A stretch of 64,000 nt of DNA from Eledone cirrhosa (taxonomy: Eukaryota): positions 316,572,001 to 316,636,000 of the forward strand of contig OZ024741.1 of NCBI GenBank assembly GCA_964016885.1, given 5' to 3'. The first letter of the stretch is position 1; each line of letters opens with the position of its first letter. The notes under the pieces are model-generated. The model ran no database searches and was not told where the DNA came from. It worked only from the letters and a program-made list of their open reading frames with translations. This document shows positions 1-11,986 of this stretch, one piece after another. Position numbers and translations under genes: made by a program.

Positions 1-19
1 GCCAAGGCACTGCCTTACA

Positions 20-648
20 TTTATATATATTAAGTTGTAGTTCCTGTCTGTTTGTTTGTTTGTTCACGAACTCCTCCAATGGTTTTGGAGATAGACCTCC
101 ATAACCATATATATTCTGAAACTACATTGCCCAGTGTACTTGGATAAGTATATTTCATTTTAATCAAATGGTTCCCCGGAGGCACAAACCCCTGCTTGGC
201 CCCGCTGAAAATGTTTTCCCTTCGATTTATATGAAATTTAAACCATAGGTAAATGAGAAGATATGATGCCTATTCACAAAATTTCAGCAAATTTCAATAA
301 TATTAAGACACTAATGGGGGTCAAACCCCCTATAATGAAAAATTTGGAAGCCCACAACTTGAGTATTGGAACCGCTATTATCACGGGCTTTTTCTATTAA
401 TTAAACGTAAATCAATTAAAAAAAAAAGCACCTCTCTTTTATAGTAGAATTTGACTAATTTAGACATTTTATCTATGGCAAAACATCACTAGAATTATGA
501 CAACAAAAATCATTAATTAATGCTTCCACTTTTTTAACATTTTCCCTCTATTTTTTCTCCATAAATTATATCTGTGATTTAAAAATCAATCATCATTTTC
601 TTACAAAAAAATGTGTGAAACGCAGCAAAGCGCGGGTGATTCGGCTAG
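20..648 (+). mobile_element. Non-autonomous Helitron
   Basis: 5' end A|TT(C)TATATATATTAAG followed by (TGTT)n. 3' GC-rich hairpin CGCAGCAAAGCGCGGG (621-636), then CTAG|T at 645-649. No TIR or TSD. Confidence 0.7.
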
Positions 649-673
649 TTCATATATATATATGTATATAATA

Positions 674-708
<35 letters not shown>

Positions 709-715
709 TATATAT

Positions 716-960
716 GTTTGTGTGTTTATGTGTGTGGTGCGTGCATACATCAGTGTATGTATGTGTGTTTATGTGTGTGTGTGTGGTGCGTGCATACATC
801 AGTGTATGTATGTGTGTTTATGTGTGTGTGTGTGGTGCGTGGATACAACAGTGTATGTATGTGTGTTTATGTGTGTGCGTGTGCTTGCATACATCAGTGT
901 ATGTATGTTTGTTTATGTGTGTGTGTGTGGTGCGTGCATACAACAGTGTATGTATGTGTG
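716..960. repeat. ~50-bp minisatellite (GTGTGGTGCGTGCATACATCAGTGTATGTATGTGTGTTTAT-like, about 5 copies)
   Basis: Unit visibly repeats within TG/TA microsatellite. Confidence 0.8.
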
Positions 961-1102
961 TACGGGCGTTCGTGGTACGGAGGAGGGGCGATGGTTGGTA
1001 AAGCCTCAGAGGTGAAGGTGTAGGCGAAGGATGCGGCGAAGTGAAGGTGGTGATTATAATTATGTGGTGTATGTATGAATGCATGTATGCACACACACAC
1101 GC

Positions 1103-1137
<35 letters not shown>

Positions 1138-1347
1138 CACGCACACATACACATATATATTTATAGAAACACATATCTTTTTCATTTATATCCATATACA
1201 CATATATAATAAACCAAGCGTAGAGATGTTGGTGTATGTATATATTATATATATATATATACATGTGTGTGTGTATATATATATATACACACATATATAT
1301 ATATATATATATATGTATGTATAAATATATGTATATATATGTATGTA

Positions 1348-1477
<130 letters not shown>

Positions 1478-2206
1478 CGTATATATGTATATATATGTCT
1501 AAAGAGAGGGAGATGGAGAGAGAGGGGAGAGAGGAAAGGGATAGAGAAAGGGAAACATAGCAGGAGGGATTAGAGGGGTGTTCGGTTGCTGACATGGAAG
1601 AGAGTAGTGGTATGGGGTAGTGGGCAAGGGTATGGGTTCATAGAGAGAATAAGAGAAAGAAAAAGATAAGGTATAATTATGTATGTGTGTGTGAGTATGT
1701 GTGTGTGTGTGTGCGTGTGTGTGTGTGCGTGCGTGTATGTGTGTGTGTGTGTGTGTGTCTGTGTGTATGTGTGTGAGTGTGTGTGTGTGTGTGTGTCTGT
1801 GTGTGTGCGTGTGTGAGTGTGTGTGTGTGCGTGTCTGTGTGTGTGTGTGTGTACGTGCGTGTGTATGTATGCTGTCAGTTTGGAGGGAAGCCCACATTTA
1901 GATAAGGCGCCTGTTTCGAGGGGGAAAATGGTTTAAAAAGACCAACGAATGCTATATAGGGGGGGGGGGGGGGGGGGGGGGGGGTATAAAGAGGAGTAAA
2001 AAAAAAAGATAACCAAAGAAATCATGATGAAGCAGTTGTTTTGTTGTTGTTGTTCTTAGTGGTAGTAGTGGTGGTAGTAGTGGTGGTGTTGATAGTGTTG
2101 TCAGTGGTGGTAGTTGTTGTTGTGGTATTACTGGGAGGTGTTCTTGTTGGTGGTGTTAGTTGGGAGGGCGTGCTGTTGGTAATGGTGTTGGTGATGTTGC
2201 TGTTGT

Positions 2207-2251
<45 letters not shown>

Positions 2252-2257
2252 TATATT

Positions 2258-2306
<49 letters not shown>

Positions 2307-2439
2307 GTATGTGTGTAACACATACACACATAGACGCACATACATATATATATATACAAAAATACATACAAACACATACACACATAGACGCACATACATA
2401 TATATATACAAAAATACATACAAATACACACACATATAT

Positions 2440-2474
<35 letters not shown>

Positions 2475-2509
2475 AATAAATGTATTATGTATGTATTTAT
2501 GTATATACA

Positions 2510-3470
2510 TATACCAGACCAATTCCTTATACGGTCGTTTTATCAACGACGGTATTGGCACCCCCACTCTCTCCCGCAGACAGCTCGACTCCTTTCTTTC
2601 CTTCGTCCAATATTTTCATCCTGCCCTCACCATCACCACCTCCGTCTCCGATTCTTCTGTCCAGTTTCTGAACATCTCACTTTCTATCGACCATACTCAC
2701 CACATCCATCTTCTACAAACCAACTAAATCCCACTCTTACCGCGACTTCACCTCTTCCCCTCCCACCCCCGCACAAAATTCTTCATATCCTACTCCAAAT
2801 CCCTTTGTCATAGTCCGCTCTGCAACCATGTCCTAACACATGGCTTCTTGCTTCATCCAAGCTGGCCTTACTCGCGCCCGTGAAACTTACCACATCACAA
2901 CCCTCTCACCCCACGACAGCCAACACTCCCACCCCAATCTGCACCTTTCTTTCCTCTCCCTACCACCCCTCTACTCTATCCCTTCGACACTGTATCCTTC
3001 TTTGCTTCCGAATCCTCGTTTCTGATCCGGTCACTTCTCTTTCCTAACCCATCCGTCATCACCTTTAAGCGTCATCGCCTGTAAACTCCTTCTTCTACAT
3101 AGTTCCTTCTCTTTCTCCCCTAGGGCTTCACATGGCTCCCGTCCATGCTCTCACCCTCACTGTAGTACGTGTCCCTTCATAATCAACCTCAATACCATCA
3201 CAGGTACGAACCATTCCTTTCGTAATCACAATTCCTTCAGCCGCACCTCTACCAACGATGTCAATGCCCTCCAGACAAACACACCGCAGTCTGGCGGACC
3301 GATTTGTAGAACACCTGAGGGACATACCACTTGGAAAATACACATCTGTTACCCGTTACTTCCATTCCTCGAACCAATCTACTCAACATCTCTCTGTCTC
3401 AGGCATCAATTTTATTTCTCATTCTATAATTTAGTGAAGGATTAATGTCCGAAACGTAAGGACTTTTTAA
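2510..3470 (+). mobile_element. Penelope-like retroelement remnant (RT C-terminal half, thumb, GIY-YIG region, decayed 3' hammerhead)
   Basis: Translations LYGRFIND..FHPAL..SVQFLNISLSI, TTSIFYKPTKSHSY, CSHPHCSTCPFI..TITG and QTHRSLADRFVEHLRDI..RYFHS..HLSVSGI match PLE RT and GIY-YIG consensus. Frameshifted. Ends with a decayed HHR core ttagtgaa-gga...tcc-gaaacgta near 3430-3460. Confidence 0.85.
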
Positions 3471-3565
3471 ATACTAAATCAAACGTTAAACTAATATATT
3501 TTTTCATTACACTATATTACTGTTGTTGTTTCCGTTTACTGTTCGCATATGTATATGTATATATA

Positions 3566-3648
<83 letters not shown>

Positions 3649-3667
3649 ATAATAATAATAATAATGA

Positions 3668-3751
3668 TTTCTTTATTAACCACAAGGGTTTACATAAAGT
3701 AGAGATTAAGGACAGTGCAGGACAATACAGGACGGTACAAATGATGGGCAT

Positions 3752-3755
<4 letters not shown>
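3668..3755 (-). mobile_element. Probable 3' tail fragment of an L1/Tx1-like LINE between (TAA)n tracts
   Basis: ttctttatt..ccac.aggg..aaag..ggacaa.tac resembles the 3' end of the Tx1-like element at about 40806-40860. Confidence 0.3.
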
Positions 3756-3844
<89 letters not shown>

Positions 3845-4140
3845 TTGAAGACTAAAATCCAAAGAGGGCTCGATAAGGATGAATATATATCAAATATATA
3901 AGAACCGTAGAGCAAATATTTATTAAAATAACAGATTAAAGTTTAAGCAAAGAATCGCTGCTTTCACCCTTAACGGGATCTTCTGAAACTAACAAAGTCA
4001 ATCTGTGAACGCAGAAGTGGATATTTCAAAAAACGTTGCAACCGGAGGAAGACAGGAAGACGATATTTTGGTTCGTGGAAACGTTCCTGGCAAAGAACGG
4101 GAGAAAACGAATATAATACGTCATTATTTGGAACGGTACA

Positions 4141-4275
4141 TACTTTCATGCTTTCGCAAACTTCAGGTTCATATTCAGTGGTGACAGTCAAGTTTGCAAT
4201 TTTCAACTGTTGAAAATTGCAAACTTGACTGTAACCACTGAATATGAACCTGAAGATTGCGAAAGCAGGAAAGTA
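4141..4275. repeat. 135-bp near-perfect palindrome (67-bp arms, 1-nt spacer)
   Basis: 4141-4207 versus the reverse complement of 4209-4275: 3 mismatches by manual comparison. Confidence 0.95.
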
Positions 4276-4433
4276 CTTGTTCAATTAACAGTTAACATTT
4301 AATATTCTTCCATACTATTTCATTATAATATCATTATAAATTTTAAAGGATTGTAAATAAAACGAGTAAATCAGACAAAGTTGGAATTCCTTTTATTAAT
4401 ATAATCTTCTATACACAATCATACACACCCGTG

Positions 4434-4504
<71 letters not shown>

Positions 4505-4531
4505 TCATACATACATACATACAAACATACA

Positions 4532-4735
4532 TGAACTTGGATTTATGGACAAAGAACGCAGCCCCTTAATTTAGAGACTACAAATGGCCGCGAGAGCTGA
4601 CACCTTCAAAATTTGCAAAACATTCTTGCGATTCAAAGGATGTCAGTTTCTTTTCTTTTACAACCTTGCCACCAGGAAGGTGGCCGGTCCAACGAGTACT
4701 CGAAATTAAGAGAAAGAGAAACATACATACATGCA
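4532..4735 (+). mobile_element. 3' fragment of an RLE-type non-LTR retrotransposon (same family as 29150-29975)
   Basis: ELGF..LI*RLQM..TFKICKTFLRF C-terminus. Shares the 3' UTR ccttgccacc.gga...aaattaagagaaagaga with 29930-29970. (CATA)n tail. Confidence 0.6.
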
Positions 4736-4987
4736 TACATATAATTTGTAGTTTGGTAAAGAATATAGAGACTTGGGGGAACACTAAATCTGTGGAAAGA
4801 GTTTGTGGTATTTTCCACGTTTGGAGAAAAGGACGACAACCGTTACAAAATGGCGTCGATATTGACCGACCAACTGGAGTCTCGTTGTAGTGAGATGGCT
4901 GACAAAGCAATTTTACCTAAACGATTCTAAAGATAGTGTACTAGCACCCGCTCTCTCAGTATATATATACACACACACACACACACA

Positions 4988-5154
<167 letters not shown>

Positions 5155-5163
5155 GTATGTTTG

Positions 5164-5196
<33 letters not shown>

Positions 5197-5254
5197 GGTA
5201 TATATATGGTGGTGATGATGATAATAATAATTCAACCAATCCACTGCCTCTGAA

Positions 5255-5350
5255 CTGTTACTTTATTTATCGATCCCATAAGAACAAATGGCAAATTCAC
5301 CTCGGTGGGATTTGAATTCAGTGCTCAGTGAGTCGAAACAAATACTGAAG
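5255..5350 (-). mobile_element. tRNA-derived SINE fragment (family A)
   Basis: Degenerate match to the core ctgagttcaaatcccgccgagg..ctttgcctttcatcc..ggggtcgataaaataaagtaccag that recurs throughout this window. Confidence 0.6.
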
Positions 5351-5467
5351 CGTTTAATGTGTCTGTGATTGTGTGCGTATTGTCTGTACAAACACATATG
5401 AATGATTCATAGTCACATACATACATACGTGCATACATACATAGATAGACACACACATACATACATG

Positions 5468-5881
5468 CATGGTGGCTGCCAACTCGTTTTCGAGTACGGC
5501 CACTACTTTATATCCATGTAGGAGAACCCCTACCGATGCGCTGAACGAGTGTGACTTTTTAGTCCAGCCAGCGACTTGAAAACTCTGGTACAAACACTAC
5601 ACTTGTGACAATTACTGACACATAGTGCTGGGCCCATGGTACCATGTGACGACAAGTGCAGAGAGATCTCCAGATATAAAGCAATGCCTGTGCCGTGAAG
5701 CTTTTATAGTGAGCAAAGGCACTGCACAAAGCCAGTCCCACTCTCTTAACCAAGATGATATTTACCAAAAAGAAGAACAAGTCAACATCATTGGATACCA
5801 TCAGGGTTGCAGGTGTTATATCAGAGTTTTCCTTCTCCTAGAATTCTGCCTTGACAAAGGCTAAGGGGTCATCTCTCCCGG
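5468..5881 (-). mobile_element. 5'-truncated RTE-derived bipartite non-autonomous element
   Basis: Near-identical reverse complement of about 20971-21384. 3' stem-loop and (TATG)n tail. Confidence 0.85.
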
Positions 5882-6091
5882 AATATACATACATATACAC
5901 ATATATATACATACATAAATACACACATATACACATATATATATACATACATATATACATATACATATATACATACATATACACACATACATATACATAC
6001 ATATACACATACATATATACATATACATACACACATACATATACATACATACACATACATACATATATATACATACATACACACATATACA

Positions 6092-6124
<33 letters not shown>

Positions 6125-7136
6125 ACATACATATATATACATACATACATACATACATACATATACACATATACATATACATACACATATACATATACAT
6201 ACACATACACATACATACATATACACATACATACATACATATATATACACATACACATATATACACACATATATATACATATACACACATACATATATAT
6301 ATATACATACATACACATACATACATATATACACATACATACATATATACACATACATACATATATACATATACATACATATACACATATACACACACAT
6401 ACATATATATACATATACATATATATACACACATACACACATATATATATATATACACATACACATATATATATATATATATACATACATATACACATAT
6501 ACATATACATATACATATACATACACATACACATATATATATACATACATACACATACATATACATACATATACATACACACACATATATATATATATAC
6601 ATACATATACACATATATATACATACATATACACATATATATACATACATACATACATACACATATATACATACATATATATACACATACATACACATAC
6701 ACATACATATACATACATATACACATACATATACATACACACACATATACATACATACATACATACATATATACACATACATACACATATACATACATAT
6801 ACATACACACACATATATATACATACACACATACACATATACATACATATATATATATACATACATATACATACATACACACACATATATATACATACAT
6901 ACATATATACACACATATATACATACATATATACACATACACATACATACATACATACATATATATATACATACATGCATACATTCATATATACATACAT
7001 ACATATACACATATATACATACATACATACATACATACTTACATACATACATACATAGATGCACACACATACATACATGCATGCATACATACATATATAC
7101 ATACATACATTACATGCATGTACACATATATACATG

Positions 7137-7220
<84 letters not shown>

Positions 7221-7365
7221 TGTGTGTGTGTGTGTTCATACATACATTCATACATGCATACATACACACATGCATACATACATATACATTCATATACACA
7301 TACATACATGCATACATAGAGCCATACACATGCTACATATACATATACATATACATATACATACG
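5882..7365. repeat. 1.5-kb cryptic (TACA/TATA/CACA)n microsatellite
   Basis: Almost pure purine-pyrimidine alternation of A, C and T. Confidence 0.95.
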
Positions 7366-7891
7366 CATAAAACGCACTGCTGGTATTTAGGTTTAAAGAA
7401 AACTTCCCCACCAGCCATACCTCTGATAAGCATCCACCATCAAAACAACCAACTCCCCCCACCACCACCACCACCTTAGAAAACAACCACAAACCACTAC
7501 CACCACCTCATCCCACATAGCACGATCTTTTCCCCCCGCTAACACCACTACTATCACCAGCATCAGCAATAGCACCATCACCACCATCAACACTGCTCAT
7601 CCTCCAACACCACCACCACCTCTGACAGAAACTACCAAGTCACTACGTGGTCAGACAGCCGGCTAGAAATAGGAGCGCAATTTAGTTGATATCATAGTGG
7701 TCCGTCTTAAACTTTCGATAATGTGGTCCTAAATATACTATGGCAGAAATGTATGATTTGATTTAGACTGGAAGATTGTTTGATCGTATGTCTGTTCAAT
7801 CAACGGCTAAAAACAACAACAATAACAAGAAACATCCATTACTATCGACAGTATCAGCAAGGAAACCTTATGATAGCCCGCCAACTTATTA

Positions 7892-7975
<84 letters not shown>

Positions 7976-7979
<4 letters not shown>

Positions 7980-8294
7980 AAGTTTAACCCCGACGGTAGA
8001 GCTCAAGCCGTTTCGACGGTTATTTCTGGATTAAATTAGAATTTTTAGCGTGGTAATAAATAGCCGAACTTTTCAAGGGGTAATTCCTTATATGGGAAGA
8101 TTGTAGTTGTCAAAAGAATTGGTTAAAATTTTTTGTAAACACAATTAAATCTTTCATGGCGGTGAGTGGATGGTAGGGGTGGCTGAACTTGCCTGTAGAA
8201 CATCGGCTATTTATTACCACGCTAAAAATTCTAATTTAGTCCAGAAATAGCCGTCGAAATGGCTTGAGCTCTGCCGTCGGTGTTAAACTTTTTC
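7976..8294. repeat. Inverted repeat (~92-bp arms, 135-bp spacer) in a (TA)n-flanked module
   Basis: 7976-8067 matches the reverse complement of 8203-8294 with a few mismatches. Confidence 0.9.
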
Positions 8295-8374
8295 CTATTA
8301 CCCACTCTACTACCCTAAGTATTGAGTACTCTGGTGCGTTATGGTCCATCTGGTTCCTTACCACACTTCCTTCG

Positions 8375-8429
<55 letters not shown>

Positions 8430-8654
8430 AGTATGTATGTATACGTACATACCTATATGTATACAGACGTACAGTAGCATGCATATATATATATATATAC
8501 ATACAGGTACACATACATATATGCACGTATCAGTTTAGCGGACGCTTATTATAACGCCCGCTTTGTTCGTTTGTAAACAAACTGAACAGCCTGAATTTAT
8601 GCCGTACGGTGTTAAGGCAACCACATCACCTTTTTGTTCAACACTGACACAGGA

Positions 8655-8697
8655 ACGATGTACTAGTTTCAAGTTCGTTAGCTATTATCAGCCCCGT
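8655..8697 (-). ncRNA. Type I hammerhead ribozyme, decayed copy (core CUGAUAA)
   Basis: Minus strand acgggg-CTGATAA-tagctaacgaactt-GAAA-ctag-TA-catcgt. Paralog of 8995-9037. Confidence 0.6.
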
Positions 8698-8994
8698 ATA
8701 CCCTTCTGCCAGATGGTTGAACGTTCGAAAGTATATACTTTTCTTATGAAAATTAACGGCTGAGCAGCCTAATTTGTATATCGAGTGAGTTCAGACGGCC
8801 AGGCGTACCGAAAACGATAAGTTGTAATAAAATGAAAACGAAATTTCATTTCTCACTCTTAGTATGGCACTTACTTAAATGTAAGTATGTATGTATACGT
8901 ACATACATATATGTAAACAAACTGAACAGCCTGAATTTATGCCGTACGGTGTTAAGGCAACCACATCACCTTTTTGTTCAACACTGACACAGGA

Positions 8995-9037
8995 ACGATG
9001 TACTAGTTTCAAGCTTGTTAGCTATCATCAGCACCGT
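8995..9037 (-). ncRNA. Minimal type I hammerhead ribozyme (intact core)
   Basis: Minus strand acggtg-CUGAUGA-u-agcu-aaca-agcu-u-GAAA-c-ua-g-UA-caucgu. 6-bp stem I, 4-bp stem II, palindromic ACUAGU stem III, GUA cleavage triplet. Confidence 0.85.
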
Positions 9038-9122
9038 ATACCCTTCCGTATACAAACGAACAAAGCGGGCGTTATAATAAGCGTCCGCTAAACTGATACG
9101 TGCATATATGTATGTGTACCTG

Positions 9123-9162
<40 letters not shown>

Positions 9163-9367
9163 CATAAGTTGATGGAACTAGCATGGATTTCACTTCTAGT
9201 ACCGGTTGCATCACAGCGTACTCAATAGGTAATGTTAAGTAAACTCCCAGAGTAGGCACGTAGTTATTCGCTTCAATACAACGCGCGTAAATGGGTTCCT
9301 TCAATCTTTACTCGTACTCGTATATATATATATATATATATATCTGTTCCGTATAACCATGTCCATC

Positions 9368-9408
9368 ACCAGCTGAGGATCCGCTAAGGTGAAACAGTTG
9401 TCCTCGGT
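9368..9408 (+). ncRNA. Minimal type I hammerhead ribozyme
   Basis: accag-CUGAGGA-u-cc-gcuaa-gg-u-GAAA-c-aguu-g-UC-cu(c)ggu. Stem I has a 1-nt bulge. Confidence 0.65.
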
Positions 9409-9565
9409 ATGCTGAACCTACTGTTGTGTAACCACTTCTACCTAACCCGTCCCATGGACTGAGTGCTCTACCACTACGGATATTACCTTCCAGTGTACTA
9501 CCTCTCTCTATATATATATATCAGAAAAAAGAGAGAATCATTGTTGCGACGAATGGAATTTATTG

Positions 9566-9659
9566 GACATATTACAATCGTTTCTCTGGCGACCAGCTCG
9601 AGGCACGATCGATGTGATGATCGAACCTGACTGAAAAACGTAAGGTCCTCAGATACGTC
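9566..9659 (-). ncRNA. Type I hammerhead ribozyme with large branched helix II region
   Basis: Minus strand gacguau-CUGAGGA-[61 nt]-GAAA-c-gauu-g-UA-auauguc. 7-bp stem I. AATAAA just downstream. Confidence 0.65.
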
Positions 9660-9977
9660 TTCATTCAACAAGCAGATTTTCCTAATTTTTTCTGTGATAT
9701 CATACTCTGCTCCATGGTAGCATCGAGTGTTCAAACGGCCTACCGCATACGGACGCTTTAAGCATCAATTATATATATATATATATATATATACAAATGG
9801 AAGTACAGCATAATCGAAGCTCTGGCTGCAGCTAAGCTAACGAATGCAATCGGAATGTGCAGCTAAGCACTCAATAAGGTATATTACCTTAGAGTGATGA
9901 CATTACGTTTAGACCGCTTTGCAAATTGAAGATAGCGACAGGTAAGCCAGCCGCAGGGACCAAAGCAACGAAAAAAT

Positions 9978-10036
<59 letters not shown>

Positions 10037-10038
10037 TG

Positions 10039-10087
<49 letters not shown>

Positions 10088-10090
10088 ATG

Positions 10091-10243
10091 AGGGTCTTCT
10101 GATATTTCCGTCTACCAATTTCCACTTACAAGGTATCGGTTAACCGGGAGCTAGATTAGAAGACACTTGCCCGATGTGGCAAGTAGCAAGGAACTGAACC
10201 CAGAACCAATTGATTGCGGCGTCAATTCCTTAACAACTCAGTC
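10091..10243 (-). mobile_element. tRNA-derived SINE (family B, resembles octopus OK/OR-type SINEs)
   Basis: Reverse complement has an A-box-like tgactgagttgttaag and a B-box gggttcagttcc, then gggcaagtgtcttct...ggtagacggaaa. Homologous to 34738-34877. Confidence 0.7.
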
Positions 10244-10370
10244 AATATATATAATATATAGCTGAATGTATGTAGTATATATATATACATATGTGTATGT
10301 GTGGGTGCGCGCGCGCGTGAAAAGTAAACGGAAAACAACAAAGCAAACAATACAATACAATGAAGAGATA

Positions 10371-10454
10371 CAGGGAGCCCCCACCAAAAATAAATGTATA
10401 CACACTTTGATTGGAATGCTGTTGTAGTGTGTATACATCTTTTGGAACACCCTG
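10371..10454. mobile_element. Small Tc1/mariner-type MITE
   Basis: TA|CAGGG...CCCTG|TA. Internal inverted match atgtatacacact / agtgtgtatacat. Confidence 0.7.
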
Positions 10455-10588
10455 TAGATTAGTTTAACGCTTGATATAGTAGGAAGAGAGGGGAGGGAGA
10501 TAAATAGAGTTAAAAGATATGTGCTTGTATATATATATATACATTATATATATAGATATATACAATGTGTGTGTTGTGTATGCGTGTG

Positions 10589-10653
<65 letters not shown>

Positions 10654-10699
10654 GTATATAGATATATGTGTGTGTGTGTGTGTGAGAGAGAGACAGCTA

Positions 10700-10830
10700 T
10701 CTAAGGTCAAGGTTTACCACGTGACCTCCCCTCGCCGCCGCCGTTTGAGACAACATCAACACCGTGTGACGTAAGCAGGCCAACCAATCGCCTGATACGT
10801 ATTTCCTCTTCCTCTTCCTCCATTGCTCTT
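10700..10830. promoter_or_regulatory. Candidate cis-regulatory island
   Basis: Unique CpG-containing patch with AGGTCA, CACGTG (E-box), TGACGTAA (CRE-like) and CCAATC within about 100 bp. Motif presence only. Confidence 0.3.
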
Positions 10831-10914
10831 ACCCACCCTACAACACACCCACCCAACCGTCACTCAGTTTCAATTAGATTGTCATCACTGTCCTCATCAC
10901 GACCAACATCAACT

Positions 10915-11440
10915 TCACCACCACTACCACCACCACTACCACCACCACTACCACCACCACCACCACCACCGCCACTACCACCACCACTACCACTACCACT
11001 ACCACCACCACTACCAGCAACAACAACACCAGCACTACCACCACCACTAACACCACCAACACCACTACCACCACCACTACCACCACCACCACCACCACCG
11101 CCACTACCACCACCACTACCACTACCACTACCACTACCACCACCACTACCAGCAACAACAACACCAGCACTACCACCACCACTAACACCACCAACACCAC
11201 TATCACCACCACCACTAGCACCACCACCACTAGCACCACAACCACTACCCATGCACCACCACCACCACCAACACCTACACTACTACGCCCACCAGCACCA
11301 CCAACACCACCACCAGCACCACCAGCACCATTACCATCACCACCATCACAACTAACACCATTACAACCACAACCATTACCACCACCACCGCCACCACCAC
11401 CACCACCTTTACCACTACCGCCATCACAACCACCACCCAA
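10915..11440. repeat. (CCA/CTA)n trinucleotide low-complexity tract
   Basis: Direct inspection; contains an internal ~130-bp duplication. Confidence 0.9.
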
Positions 11441-11580
11441 ACAAACTATGTAAACCGCCTAATGTTTTGGTTTTGTCTTCTTTTTAACATACTTTATAAT
11501 CCCACCCCATTCACCAACCCCCCTATCACCTTTATCCCAGTAACACATACATATATATATCTATGTACATACAAACACAT

Positions 11581-11617
<37 letters not shown>

Positions 11618-11911
11618 CAGACAAATATATATATATATATATACAGACAAATATATATATATATATACATACAAATATATATATATATATATACACCATA
11701 TATATATATATATACACGCATCCGTCCCAAGAAACTCATACACACTTAAACACCCGTATGTACACCCATGCAAACACGGTTACATAAACACCCGTACAAA
11801 CACGCAATTAAACACGCATGTAAATATATATAAACACACACATGCATGACTATATATATATAGATATATATATACACACACACACACATATATATAATAT
11901 ATATGTGTATA

Positions 11912-11986
<75 letters not shown>

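Larger units (their letters stand above)
8498..9128 (-). mobile_element. Retrozyme-like / PLE-terminal non-coding element: two 135-bp direct repeats 340 bp apart, each with a hammerhead, enclosed by a 78-bp inverted repeat
   Basis: Direct repeats 8572-8706 and 8912-9046. Inverted repeats 8498-8575 and 9051-9128. (TA)n on both sides. Confidence 0.75.

Noticed and set aside
1959-1984. G26 homopolymer as a functional G-quadruplex
   Set aside because: It can form G4 in principle, but no context supports a function and the length may be a sequencing artefact.
4248-4275. CTGAAGA-ttgc-GAAA inside the palindrome as a hammerhead
   Set aside because: No helix II, no NUH in register and no stem I.
8758-8830. 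Plus-strand hammerhead within the 340-bp unit (ambisense ribozyme)
   Set aside because: The core reads CUGAGCA, with extra nucleotides before GAAA and no valid cleavage triplet or stem I.
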